Source of the DNA: Thalassotalea sp. | Lineage (GTDB): Bacteria; Pseudomonadota; Gammaproteobacteria; Enterobacterales; Alteromonadaceae | NCBI GenBank assembly: GCA_042091375.1 | Contig: JBELHO010000003.1 | Span: 27,659-91,658, forward strand | Direction of reading: 5' to 3' | DNA length: 64,000 bases | Program-made: the position numbers and the translations under genes | Notes under the pieces: model-generated | What the model was told of the DNA's origin: nothing | Databases searched by the model: none | What the model saw: only the letters and a program-made list of their open reading frames with translations | In this document: piece by piece, positions 9,795 to 19,141 of the stretch | Layout: the number at the start of each line of letters is the position of its first letter | Position numbering within the stretch: position 1 is the first letter of the stretch

Positions 9795-10481
9795 TTAATG
9801 GGGTAAAGACGCAGCTTGTTGGGGGAGCTTGCTTGACAGTTGTTTTACCATATTGGCTGTTGACTGTTGCTCTAATTGTGCCCGAGCAGCTGTCGTGGAT
9901 AATACCCCGATAGAATTGTTCGCTGGCGCCTTAGAGCGGGCTTTAACCATAGGTGCAGGAATAACACTACCTTTCATTTTGGGGGCTGGTGCCTTATTCC
10001 CCAGAAGCCGACTGTTGATACAGGCTCTGATTTCATCCAATGTGTAATTTGACTTTACTTTAATGCGAAGGTGGGGAATAGATGCAGCCTCCAGTGCTCC
10101 ACTAACAAACCAATCCTTTTTGATTTTGTAGCCCTTGCCTTGCGTGTCGACTAAATCTATCACCCCAAGTAACTTCATTGACACCCGATCGCAAATAGCA
10201 AAATCTAGGTATTTATTTTCAGCATTATTGACCGCCGCTTGACTTGCCCTGTTTGATACGCCGTTGCGAATAGCGACAATATCGGCCAACTTAACTCTAT
10301 TGATAACTCGGTATTTATTGCCAAGTGCCTGTTCCACTAGATTGTGAAAATTTTTCTCAGCAGGGGTAAAAATGGTGTTTTTGCTATCAAATGGAAAGGG
10401 AAAGCTATTATTGTTTAGGCGACTCGATAATAACGCAACAATAACGATAAGGCTGATCATGGCAAACAGGATAAGTTCCAT
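9795..10481 (-). CDS. Membrane-anchored DUF2726-like (PD-(D/E)xK nuclease-fold) protein
   Basis: I prefer the start at ATG 10481 (GGAGAT SD), giving MELILFAMISLIVIVALL as a TM anchor. The core FTPAEKNFHNLVEQALGNKYRVINRVKLADIV...YLDFAICD matches my memory of DUF2726. The C-terminal tail is low-complexity and Ala/Pro/Lys-rich. Confidence 0.55.
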   Translation of the reverse strand: MELILFAMISLIVIVALLSSRLNNNSFPFPFDSKNTIFTPAEKNFHNLVEQALGNKYRVINRVKLADIVAIRNGVSNRASQAAVNNAENKYLDFAICDRVSMKLLGVIDLVDTQGKGYKIKKDWFVSGALEAASIPHLRIKVKSNYTLDEIRACINSRLLGNKAPAPKMKGSVIPAPMVKARSKAPANNSIGVLSTTAARAQLEQQSTANMVKQLSSKLPQQAASLPH

Positions 10482-10784
10482 AGGTATCTCCGACAATTCA
10501 AATTTTTGACACTGTAGTTTCTGTCTTGTTTTAAGCACTATACATGCCAGAGATAAAATTATTTTTTTGAAAGGGTGTGTGCGTTATCAAAAAATAAATA
10601 GCCACTGTAATAAACCGCCAATAGAGATCATTAAAGCCCATGATTAAAAATAGCGACAAAAATAATCCAATACACCTGTAATAAAAACCAAAATCATTCG
10701 ACTATTACTCCCAGAAAAATGACTGGGTAGTCATTGTCAGTTGCCAGTTGTGAACAAGTAAAAATCGTCCTTACAAAGTAATGC

Positions 10785-10801
10785 TTGACATAATATGTCA
10801 A
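10785..10801. promoter_or_regulatory. Perfect 17-bp palindrome (candidate operator) overlapping a TTGACA -35-like hexamer upstream of the yip1/ABC operon
   Basis: TTGACATA-A-TATGTCAA lies 114 nt upstream of ATG 10915. A second 6-4-6 palindrome, ATGACTgggtAGTCAT, lies at 10719-10734. Confidence 0.4.
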
Positions 10802-10914
10802 TGTAAAGTAGTTTAAGTCTCAATTTATTTCAGCGCGCAGTAATCGCATACGCTAAGTACAATAGCCAAAGGTTACTTCTATAAACGGATATTTATTATA
10901 ACAAGAGGTATTTT

Positions 10915-11628
10915 ATGTCATCCAATCCCATGCAAGCTTGTGTCGATATGTTTTTAACACCGCAATCAGCGTTTAACTCAGTGCTAGATAAAAAAGGTTG
11001 GGCTTGGCTGCCATTCTTTTTGGTTACACTGATGAGTTCTCTGGTTTTTGTACATTATTTCAGTGTAGTCGATATTGATTGGTTTCAAGAACAAAGTATT
11101 GAACAGGCAGCGGCAATGACTGGTATGTCTTACCAAGAATTAAAAGAAGCTACTCCGCCAACTGACGCTTCAAGTTCGATGCTGCAAACGGTTATTTCAG
11201 TGGCTATTGGTTTAGTTATTGTCAATTTGTTTGGGGCTTTATATTTCCTACTGGCCACTAAAATAACCGCAAAAAATGAGCTGTCATTTGGCGATTGGTT
11301 TGCTTTTGCTTGGTGGACCAGCCTACCTGCAGTGTTGAGTTCGATGGTATCTATGTTGGTGATATTTTTTGCTACCGATACCTTCATTGCCATGGCTGAT
11401 TTGCAACCAACCAGTTTTAATAGCTTGTTTTTCGGGCTACCACAATCAAATGTTTGGAGCAGTTTTTTTGAGGGGATTTCGCTGTTTAATTTTTGGATGA
11501 TTGCGTTGTCATATTTTGGTTTAAAATCTTGGTTAGCCATAGAGAGTAAAAAAGCATTTATTTTAGCGATTATTCCCAGTGTTATTATTTATGGTTGTTG
11601 GGCGCTATTTATTGCTTTGCTTGCTTAA
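10915..11628 (+). CDS. Yip1-domain-like polytopic membrane protein
   Basis: 237 aa with about 5 TM segments. The N-terminus (FLTPQSAFNSVLDKKGWAWLPFFLV) is typical of Yip1/DUF1282 proteins. It is the first gene of a four-gene co-oriented cluster. Confidence 0.55.
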   Translation: MSSNPMQACVDMFLTPQSAFNSVLDKKGWAWLPFFLVTLMSSLVFVHYFSVVDIDWFQEQSIEQAAAMTGMSYQELKEATPPTDASSSMLQTVISVAIGLVIVNLFGALYFLLATKITAKNELSFGDWFAFAWWTSLPAVLSSMVSMLVIFFATDTFIAMADLQPTSFNSLFFGLPQSNVWSSFFEGISLFNFWMIALSYFGLKSWLAIESKKAFILAIIPSVIIYGCWALFIALLA

Positions 11629-11677
11629 AAGCTTTGCTTTTTGAAAAATAATCTATTGGCAACTAAGGGCCCACAGA

Positions 11678-12877
11678 ATGAAAAAGATACTAATTATTGT
11701 CACAGTGATCAGTGCTCTGGTTGCTTTGGCTTATTTTAAAAAAGCCGGAAAAGCGGCAACGGTTGAGGTTAAAGTAGAACAGGTACAAGTTGAGGATATC
11801 AAACGTTCAATACTCGCCTCTGGTACCTTAGTATACAAAGAGCAGGTGCAACTTAGATCGGAAGTGATTGGCCAAGTCAAAGAAATGCTAATTGAAGAGG
11901 GCGATGCGGTTGTCGTTGATCAAGTGTTAATGCGACTTGAACCAACAACATTTAAAGCCGATGTCGAACAGCAAAAAGCCTATGTGCGTATGCAAACTAT
12001 TGCAATTGAAAGACAAAAAAAGCAAATTGAGAGTTTAGCTTCTCGCTGGCAGCGTAAAAACGATCTGTTCAAGTTAGGCATCATAGGTCAAGATGAGCAT
12101 GAAGCAATAGACAATGAATTTGCTTTAGCAAAAATCGATTTGCGTTCAAGAGAGGAGTCGCTTTTACAAGCGAATGCAACTTTAGCGAAGGCACAAGAGC
12201 GTTTGGATAAAACCGTATTTCGCTCACCCATTAATGGTATAGCGACTTCCGTTGATATTAAAAAAGGCGAAACTGCGATCAGCGGCACCACCAATATTTC
12301 AGGTTCAAACTTAATCACCTTGGCAGATCCTTCATCGATTTTAATTGAGGTACAAGTAGATGAAGCTGATATTGCTAATGTTGATGTAGGGCAGGAAGCG
12401 GATATTTTCGCCGTGGCTTTTCCCGATCATGCCCTTAAAGGGCATGTGCAAAATATTGCCACCTCAGCCAAACGATCGGCCAGACGTCAAGGTTTGAGCT
12501 TTACTGTGAAAATTTTATTGCAGGATTCAGCTGCGGTTGCGGTTCGTCCTGGGATGAGTTGTCGCGCAGAAATCTTCACCCAAACAAAAGATAAAACCAT
12601 TGCTGTACCCAGTGAGGCTATTGTCTTTGCCAAACCCGATACTGCCAGTGATGAGGACGATATTGACGATACCAACCAACAGGAACAAAGCTACGTGTAT
12701 ATTGTTGAGGATGGCAAAGCTAAAAAAATAGCGGTTGATTTAGGTATTTCTAATGATCGTTATCAAGAGATAGTTTCCGGTATTAAAGTCGGCGATAAAG
12801 TGGTTACTGGCCCTGCGCGAACGTTGAGTAAGTTAAAGGACGCCGCGCCAGTCAATATCACTTTGAAAGAGGCTTGA
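11678..12877 (+). CDS. Periplasmic adaptor (HlyD/MacA-type membrane fusion protein)
   Basis: 399 aa with an N-terminal anchor, a long coiled-coil hairpin, and lipoyl and beta-barrel regions ([17 protein letters not shown]). Confidence 0.88.
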   Translation: MKKILIIVTVISALVALAYFKKAGKAATVEVKVEQVQVEDIKRSILASGTLVYKEQVQLRSEVIGQVKEMLIEEGDAVVVDQVLMRLEPTTFKADVEQQKAYVRMQTIAIERQKKQIESLASRWQRKNDLFKLGIIGQDEHEAIDNEFALAKIDLRSREESLLQANATLAKAQERLDKTVFRSPINGIATSVDIKKGETAISGTTNISGSNLITLADPSSILIEVQVDEADIANVDVGQEADIFAVAFPDHALKGHVQNIATSAKRSARRQGLSFTVKILLQDSAAVAVRPGMSCRAEIFTQTKDKTIAVPSEAIVFAKPDTASDEDDIDDTNQQEQSYVYIVEDGKAKKIAVDLGISNDRYQEIVSGIKVGDKVVTGPARTLSKLKDAAPVNITLKEA

Positions 12878-12879
12878 TC

Positions 12880-13638
12880 ATGTCATCAACTGACAATTCC
12901 GAACAAGCGGTTAATGATCAGGTTATTATTGCTCTTAACCGAATTGCCAAGCGTTATGAAATGGGCGGCGAATCTTTTTATGCATTGAATCACTTAGATT
13001 TATCTATATTCAACAATGATTATTTAGCGATAATTGGTCCCTCGGGCTCGGGTAAATCTACGTTGATGAACTTATTGGGTTGTTTGGATTATCCTTCATC
13101 GGGTGAATATATACTCAAAGGTAAAAATGTTGCCTCGATGAATGAATCTGAGTTAGCGGCGATAAGAAACCTAGAAATTGGCTTTATATTTCAAAGTTTC
13201 AATTTATTGCCCCGTGCCACTGCCTTGCAAAATGTGATGCAACCGCTAATTTACCGAGGGATGGCAATAAAAGAGCGTAAAAAACAAGCTGAATTGGCCC
13301 TAACTCGGGTTGGTTTACACAATAGAATGCATCACTTGCCCAATCAATTATCGGGGGGGCAGCGGCAACGTGTGGCGATTGCCCGAGCCTTAGTGACTAA
13401 TCCCAGTATTTTATTAGCTGATGAGCCTACGGGTAATTTGGACTCGTCAACAACCGCAGAAATCATGGCTTTATTTGACGAGTTACACCGCGATGGACAA
13501 ACCTTAATTGTAGTAACTCACGAGCAAGAAATAGCTGATCATTGTCGTCGTGTTATTCGCTTAAAAGACGGCGAATTAGTCTCTGATTCGTTAAATAGTG
13601 ATCTCAATAAAGACATAAGAGAGGAATGCTATGTCTAG
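12880..13638 (+). CDS. ABC transporter ATP-binding protein (MacB/LolD-type)
   Basis: Walker [10 protein letters not shown], signature [14 protein letters not shown] and Walker [12 protein letters not shown] 12880 follows a GAAAGAGG SD; the track ORF starts at TTG 12874. It overlaps the stop of the adaptor gene. Confidence 0.93.
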   Translation: MSSTDNSEQAVNDQVIIALNRIAKRYEMGGESFYALNHLDLSIFNNDYLAIIGPSGSGKSTLMNLLGCLDYPSSGEYILKGKNVASMNESELAAIRNLEIGFIFQSFNLLPRATALQNVMQPLIYRGMAIKERKKQAELALTRVGLHNRMHHLPNQLSGGQRQRVAIARALVTNPSILLADEPTGNLDSSTTAEIMALFDELHRDGQTLIVVTHEQEIADHCRRVIRLKDGELVSDSLNSDLNKDIREECYV

Positions 13639-14866
13639 TGCTGTTTTTAAAATTATTGAAAGTACTCGCTCGGCAGCACTTTCAGTTAAAGCTCATGGTT
13701 TTAGAAGTTTTCTTACCACCTTAGGCATTATTATTGGCGTCACTTCGGTGATCGCAGTGGTTTCCGTGATGCAAGGTCTAAGTGGTAACATTACCAAGCA
13801 ATTTGATGGCATGGGTACTAATGTCTTAAATGTTAATGCTTTCACTCCGAAAAAAGAACGCTTACAAGGTAAAATAGCCAAATTAACCTATCAAGACTTT
13901 TTAGAAATCAAGTATAAAGTGCCAGGTATTGACAACATAACCCCTACGGTTATGGCTATGGGAGCTAATGCGGTTGCGCAATACAAGGGGGTATCCCGTA
14001 CCACGCAAGTGACAGGTACAGGTTCTTCTTATCAAATGCTTTATGGCGTTTACCCTGAGCAGGGAAGATTTTTTAACCTCAGTGATGATAACAGTCGCCG
14101 CCGTGTTGCAGTGTTAGGCCCTTCAGTAATTGAGAACTTGGAAATCAAGGGCGATGCTCTTGGTCAATACATTTCAATTGGTGGAGAGTGGTTTAAAATC
14201 ATTGGTGTGCTAGAAAAGCGCGGTAAGCTATTTGGCTTTGATCAAGATGATTATATATTATTACCCTATTCGACAACACAAGCGCTGCTTGGTGGGGCTG
14301 AAGAACCCGATATCATGATCTCAATGCAAGTCGATAATGCTGAAAACATTACTGGTATTAAACAACACATCACCAATTTGTTGCGTCGTAATCACAATTT
14401 AAACGAGGATCAGGGCGACGACTTTAAAATTTCTTCGGCAGAGCAAATGTTAGAAACAGTGAATAATATCACCGCTACGACCACCTTAGTGTTAAGTGGT
14501 GTGGTCGGTATTTCATTACTTGTTGGCGGCATAGGCATAATGAATATTATGTTGGTATCAGTCACCGAGCGAACCCGTGAGATCGGCATTCAAAAAGCCC
14601 TTGGGGCAACTCGCGTTGATATCTTACTGCAGTTTCTGATCGAGGCCATATTCTTGTGCTTACTGGGCGGTGTGATAGGTTTAGCCTTGGGTTATGGTGC
14701 TGGCGCTTTAGTTAGTAGTATCATTGATTTGCCAGCTGCTACTGTGCCGGGTTGGGCGATTGCGCTATCATTAGGCTTTAGTGCTGGAGTCGGTGTCATC
14801 TTTGGTATTATTCCTGCTGCGAAAGCCGCTAATTTAGAGCCCATCGATGCGTTGCGCTATGAATAA
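13631..14866 (+). CDS. ABC transporter permease (MacB periplasmic core domain + FtsX fold)
   Basis: 411 aa with TM1, a ~220-aa periplasmic domain and 3 C-terminal TM segments. It ends ...[16 protein letters not shown], a typical FtsX/MacB terminus. It overlaps the ATPase stop by 8 nt. Confidence 0.9.
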   Translation: MSSAVFKIIESTRSAALSVKAHGFRSFLTTLGIIIGVTSVIAVVSVMQGLSGNITKQFDGMGTNVLNVNAFTPKKERLQGKIAKLTYQDFLEIKYKVPGIDNITPTVMAMGANAVAQYKGVSRTTQVTGTGSSYQMLYGVYPEQGRFFNLSDDNSRRRVAVLGPSVIENLEIKGDALGQYISIGGEWFKIIGVLEKRGKLFGFDQDDYILLPYSTTQALLGGAEEPDIMISMQVDNAENITGIKQHITNLLRRNHNLNEDQGDDFKISSAEQMLETVNNITATTTLVLSGVVGISLLVGGIGIMNIMLVSVTERTREIGIQKALGATRVDILLQFLIEAIFLCLLGGVIGLALGYGAGALVSSIIDLPAATVPGWAIALSLGFSAGVGVIFGIIPAAKAANLEPIDALRYE

Positions 14867-14955
14867 GTGCGGGGTTATAAATGACTGAACAACAAGGATG
14901 ACTATTGAACAGATCCGTTGCAGGATCGAACAATTCAACGGGTTTTAAAAGTGAA

Positions 14956-14988
14956 AAAGCGATAAAACCAGTTTTTATCGCTTTCTTT
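14956..14988. terminator. Bidirectional rho-independent terminator (ABC operon / dUTPase convergent pair)
   Basis: AAAGCGATAAAA-CCAGT-TTTTATCGCTTT forms a 12-bp stem, flanked by an A-run on one side and a T-run on the other. Confidence 0.8.
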
Positions 14989-15030
14989 AAATTTAGCACA
15001 TGAAGTGAATGCATCAAATCACTGCATTGT

Positions 15031-15082
15031 GTTATCGCATTTAGTTATCGCATCAAGCTATCGCATTAAGTGATCGATTAAT
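15031..15082. repeat. 13-bp tandem repeat, about 4 units
   Basis: The units are GTTATCGCATTTA / GTTATCGCATCAA / GCTATCGCATTAA / GTGATCGATTAAT. They sit in the convergent intergenic region just 3' of the dUTPase gene. Confidence 0.8.
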
Positions 15083-15102
15083 AGGTAGCTGTGCTGGCGA
15101 TA

Positions 15103-15732
15103 TCAACCAGGATATTGCGCCTTTAATTGTTGATAAACGCGTTGCTGGAAATTTTCTGCACTGGCATCAAGTGTTGCTACCACTTTAGCTAATACTTCAT
15201 TATCTTCTACACCGTTCCACATCTTCACATAAGTACCGTCTTTATAACCGTGATCTTGGCGGAAAAAATTTAAGGTGTTTTTACCTACATACTGACGAAA
15301 TAATTCGTCTAAATCCATGTTCATTAAACGCATACAATTTGCCAGCGCAATAGCGTCGAAAGCTTTATTGGTGATCGCCGCAGAGGCAAGGTTTTCTAGG
15401 GCAATTTTAAAGTCTGTTTCGTTTCCAGACTGGGTCAATTCAGCACTGAGCTGCGCACTAATATCATCAACCGTTTGTCCAGACATTAACCGTAAACTCA
15501 AGCCAAAATGAAAAATATCTACCAGTTCTAATTGCACTTGCGCTACATCAATGACTTGATGTTTCCACCATTTCCAACCGTGGTGATCAAGCATTTCTGC
15601 ACATTCAACCCATATAGCCCGATACCATTCATATTGGTTTTCTCGCCAACTACTACTGACACGGGAATTCATCGCATCTTGCATGGTTAACATTTGTTGA
15701 ATTTGATGTTGTGCTAATGATAGTTCGCTCAT
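15103..15732 (-). CDS. Dimeric all-alpha dUTPase (dUTPase_2 family)
   Basis: 209 aa from ATG 15732. The stretches WVECAEMLDHHGWKWWK, ELVDIFHFGLS and YVGKNTLNFFRQDHGYKDGTYVKMWNGVEDNEVLAKV closely parallel the Campylobacter jejuni dimeric dUTPase as I remember it. Confidence 0.85.
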   Translation of the reverse strand: MSELSLAQHQIQQMLTMQDAMNSRVSSSWRENQYEWYRAIWVECAEMLDHHGWKWWKHQVIDVAQVQLELVDIFHFGLSLRLMSGQTVDDISAQLSAELTQSGNETDFKIALENLASAAITNKAFDAIALANCMRLMNMDLDELFRQYVGKNTLNFFRQDHGYKDGTYVKMWNGVEDNEVLAKVVATLDASAENFQQRVYQQLKAQYPG

Positions 15733-15961
15733 GGCTCTCTCTGTTATGGCTGTGACTATCCAAAATGGATATTTAATCATGAGCATTATAGTACATCAAA
15801 ATACACCGATAAACAGTGCCAATAGTAAAACTGCGCCGAAAAGCTGGCCTTGTGTCAATGAAATTCAGCAGTGTTTAATTATTTTTTGTGTTGATAGTGA
15901 TATCGGATCAATCTTGATTGATTTGTTGAACATCAATAGCAAGTACTTTTGCAGTCACTGC

Positions 15962-16966
15962 TTATTGAGTAAACAGCTTTTTCCTGACCATAGCTCGATA
16001 ACTTTTTGGTGTCATGTTCAGTGCGCGTTTAAATAAACGAGTTAAATGCCCTTGATCTTGATAGCCCATTTCAAAAGCGACTTCCTGTATGGATAAATTT
16101 GTTGAGGTCAATAATTCTTTAGCTGTTTCTACTTTTAATTGATGCCAATATTGACTTGCACTGATGCCATTAGCGGCCTTAAATCTTCGCGTTAATGTCC
16201 GTTGGCTCATGCCAAACTGTTCTGCCAATGCTTTAAGAGTGATATCGGCACTTAAATTGGTTTTTAACCAAAATTGAATTTGCATGATTAATTCATCAGA
16301 GTGTCGATCAACACTTCCCTCTAAATACCTCTGCTGTTCATAAGGCTTTCTAATTTCGTGGGAAAAGTTTCTTTCAACGTGCTGCGCTGCAGTTTGCCCA
16401 TAAATTTGAACAATGATGTGTACCACTATGTCAGCTATGGCATTTAAACTAGCAGCACAATATATCCGCTCTGTTTGGGTAATAAAAAAGTCTGGTTTTA
16501 AATTGACTTGCGGGTAGTCGCGCTGAAACTGTTCAACATAGTGCCAATGTGTCGTTGCCGAGTGGTGATCCAACAGCCCCGATTCTGCAATATAACAAAC
16601 CCCTGTACCACCGCCAACGAGTGTCGTACCTCGATGCCATATCGTATTTAACCAAGCGATTGTTTTCGGGTGTTTGTTTAGAGAGGGGCGGGGGTTTCGC
16701 CACAGACTTGGGATAAAAGCAAAGTCGGGTAAACCGGCATTATCGACGGCACAGTCAGGGGTGAGTTTGAGCAGCGCTCGAGTAGATACAGGAGCTGTTG
16801 TTTCAGCCACCATTTGAATCGCTAATCGGGGTGATTTTTTATTGCTTTGCAAGGCAAATGCCTCGGCGGCACGCAGCATTTCTACTGGTAAACTAACACT
16901 TGTTGCCAACATTTGATCATACAGTAATAAAGCTACTTTAATATGTCGTTGCCCGAAAGTTGTCAT
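15962..16966 (-). CDS. GlxA-type AraC family transcriptional regulator (DJ-1/PfpI-like domain + HTH)
   Basis: 334 aa. An N-terminal class-I glutamine-amidotransferase-like domain is followed by a C-terminal AraC double HTH (LKALAEQFGMSQRTLTRRFK...IQEVAFEMGYQDQGHLTRLFKRALNMTPKSYR). Confidence 0.88.
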   Translation of the reverse strand: MTTFGQRHIKVALLLYDQMLATSVSLPVEMLRAAEAFALQSNKKSPRLAIQMVAETTAPVSTRALLKLTPDCAVDNAGLPDFAFIPSLWRNPRPSLNKHPKTIAWLNTIWHRGTTLVGGGTGVCYIAESGLLDHHSATTHWHYVEQFQRDYPQVNLKPDFFITQTERIYCAASLNAIADIVVHIIVQIYGQTAAQHVERNFSHEIRKPYEQQRYLEGSVDRHSDELIMQIQFWLKTNLSADITLKALAEQFGMSQRTLTRRFKAANGISASQYWHQLKVETAKELLTSTNLSIQEVAFEMGYQDQGHLTRLFKRALNMTPKSYRAMVRKKLFTQ

Positions 16967-17095
16967 GTCACTGGTCTGTATTATCTATTTTTGGCCATTA
17001 TGGCATATCTTTTGGCTTAATTTGATAATTAATTGCTGAAAAACCAGCATACACTTGCACCTATAAATTTATGAATTCAATTTAAGAGAATCTAC

Positions 17096-18997
17096 ATGAC
17101 TGCTTTACCTGTAATTGTTGGTATGGGAGGCGTTAATGCTGCTGGCCGTACTTCTGCTCATCAAGGATTTCGACGGATCGTCATTGATAAACTCAACGCG
17201 CAAGCCAGACAAGAAACCTTTGTTGGCTTAGCGACCATGATGAATATATTAACTTATACTAATAATACCTTGGTCGATAGTGAAGGGCGCTTGGTTGATC
17301 GCGCTGATGTAGAAAAGCTGTTTGGTAAGCAGATCCTTGCCGGTACCTTGATCCGCAAAATTGAAACCAATCACTTTGATCCTGATGCCACACAATGGCA
17401 ACAGAAAATTACCATGCAAGCGACTGAACAAGGTATCTGCTTTGAAACACGGGCTCGTGACTTACCGTCGCCTTTGCCTTTGACTTGGAAAGTGACTGAA
17501 TTAGCTGATAAACGAGTGAGGGTAGATATCGCTGGCGACATTGAAATCAAGCACGATTCTGTACGCGATAACCCCATCAAAGCTGCGGGACAGTTTCCTT
17601 CAGGGTTTTCACCGGCAACCTTATATAACTCTCGTTATCAACCTCGTGGTTTACAAGCGACTATATTTGGTGCCGCCGATGCTATTCACTCCACTGGTTA
17701 TAGTTGGAGTGAACTTGCCGATAAAATCAGTCCTGATCAAGTCGGTACTTATTCCGCTTCGGTTTTTGGTCAAGTACAGGCTGAAGGTCACGGTGGCATG
17801 ATGCAAAATCGCATGCGCGGTGAACGCGTATCGACTAAAAATTTGGCGTTAGGGCTTAATACTATGTCAACTGACTTTATCAATGCTTATGTCACTGGTA
17901 GTGTCGGTAGTACTTTTACTTCGACAGGTGCTTGTGCCACTTTTTTGTACAACCTCAAGGCAGCGGTGCAAGATATTCAGTCAGGACGTATTCGCTTGGC
18001 TATTGTTGGCAGTAATGATTGTGCAGTAACTCCAGAAGTTATTGAAGGTTTTGGCAATATGAGCGCACTGGCAAATGAAGAGGGACTGAAAAAGCTTGAT
18101 GGCATTATTGATGGTGAAGCTGATCACAGAAATACCAGCCGTCCTTTTGGTGAAAACTGTGGTTTTACTATTGGTGAAGCAGCACAATTTATTATTTTGA
18201 TGGATGATGCTTTAGCGGTTGAGTTAGGGTGCAAAGTGATGGGCTCTGTGGCGGATGTGTATACCAATGCCGATGGTATTAAAAAATCTATCACCGCGCC
18301 AGGCCCGGGTAATTATATTACCATGGCTAAATCAGTGGCACTAGCTGCTAGTGTCCTCGGCAATGAAGCGGTGCAACAACGCAGTTTCATTTTAGCTCAT
18401 GGTTCAAGTACACCGCAAAACCGAGTGACCGAGTCATTGATTTATCATCGGGTTGCCGAAAGCTTTGATATTGATGGTTGGCCTGTTGCTGCACCTAAAG
18501 CGTTTGTTGGACATACTATTGGCCCGGCAAGCGGTGACCAAGTCGCTATGGCATTGGGTGTCTTCTCTCATCGCATTATGCCGGGGATCACCACGATAGA
18601 TAAAGTTGCTGATGATGTCTATGCCGAACGTTTACATATCGCAACAGACCATTGGCATTGTCAACAGATGGATGTGGCTTTTATTAATTCAAAAGGTTTT
18701 GGTGGTAATAATGCCACAGCCACTATATTCTCTCCGCAAGTCACCTTAGCTATGATGGAAAAACGCCATGGTATGAGTGCAAATACTGCTTACCAAGACA
18801 AGTTATCTATTGTTGAAGCTAATCAAACAGCTTATCAAGTGCGAGCTGATAATGCAGAATTTGATCTGATCTATCAATTTGGTCAAGGGGTATTGCACGA
18901 TGAGGACTTAGCGATAGATACTGAGCATATAGCGATAAAGGGTTTTTCTCAGCCTATTGAATTAACCCAAGCCAATCCTTTTGCCGATATGGTCTGA
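17096..18997 (+). CDS. fabY: FabY-class beta-ketoacyl-ACP synthase (long KAS I/II-fold enzyme)
   Basis: 633 aa. The N-terminus MTALPVIVGMGGVNAAGRTSAHQGFRRIVID is followed by a Cys-His-His triad context (TGACATFLYN, AHGSSTPQNR, VGHTIGPASG). Size and N-terminus match my memory of P. aeruginosa FabY (PA5174, ~634 aa). Confidence 0.7.
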   Translation: MTALPVIVGMGGVNAAGRTSAHQGFRRIVIDKLNAQARQETFVGLATMMNILTYTNNTLVDSEGRLVDRADVEKLFGKQILAGTLIRKIETNHFDPDATQWQQKITMQATEQGICFETRARDLPSPLPLTWKVTELADKRVRVDIAGDIEIKHDSVRDNPIKAAGQFPSGFSPATLYNSRYQPRGLQATIFGAADAIHSTGYSWSELADKISPDQVGTYSASVFGQVQAEGHGGMMQNRMRGERVSTKNLALGLNTMSTDFINAYVTGSVGSTFTSTGACATFLYNLKAAVQDIQSGRIRLAIVGSNDCAVTPEVIEGFGNMSALANEEGLKKLDGIIDGEADHRNTSRPFGENCGFTIGEAAQFIILMDDALAVELGCKVMGSVADVYTNADGIKKSITAPGPGNYITMAKSVALAASVLGNEAVQQRSFILAHGSSTPQNRVTESLIYHRVAESFDIDGWPVAAPKAFVGHTIGPASGDQVAMALGVFSHRIMPGITTIDKVADDVYAERLHIATDHWHCQQMDVAFINSKGFGGNNATATIFSPQVTLAMMEKRHGMSANTAYQDKLSIVEANQTAYQVRADNAEFDLIYQFGQGVLHDEDLAIDTEHIAIKGFSQPIELTQANPFADMV

Positions 18998-19040
18998 GGA
19001 TCAATTGACTTGGTTCAATGACTGGGGTGGGGTTTGCATG

Positions 19041-19066
19041 GGCTGGCTATATGCCAGCCTTTTTTT
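19041..19066 (+). terminator. Rho-independent terminator of the ketoacyl synthase gene
   Basis: GGCTGGC-TATAT-GCCAGCC followed by T7. Confidence 0.85.
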
Positions 19067-19141
19067 ATCGGACATTGCCTAGTATCAGCTAGCATTACTG
19101 GGCATTGTCGAGCACAGTAAGTTAAGCATAATTTCATCTAG

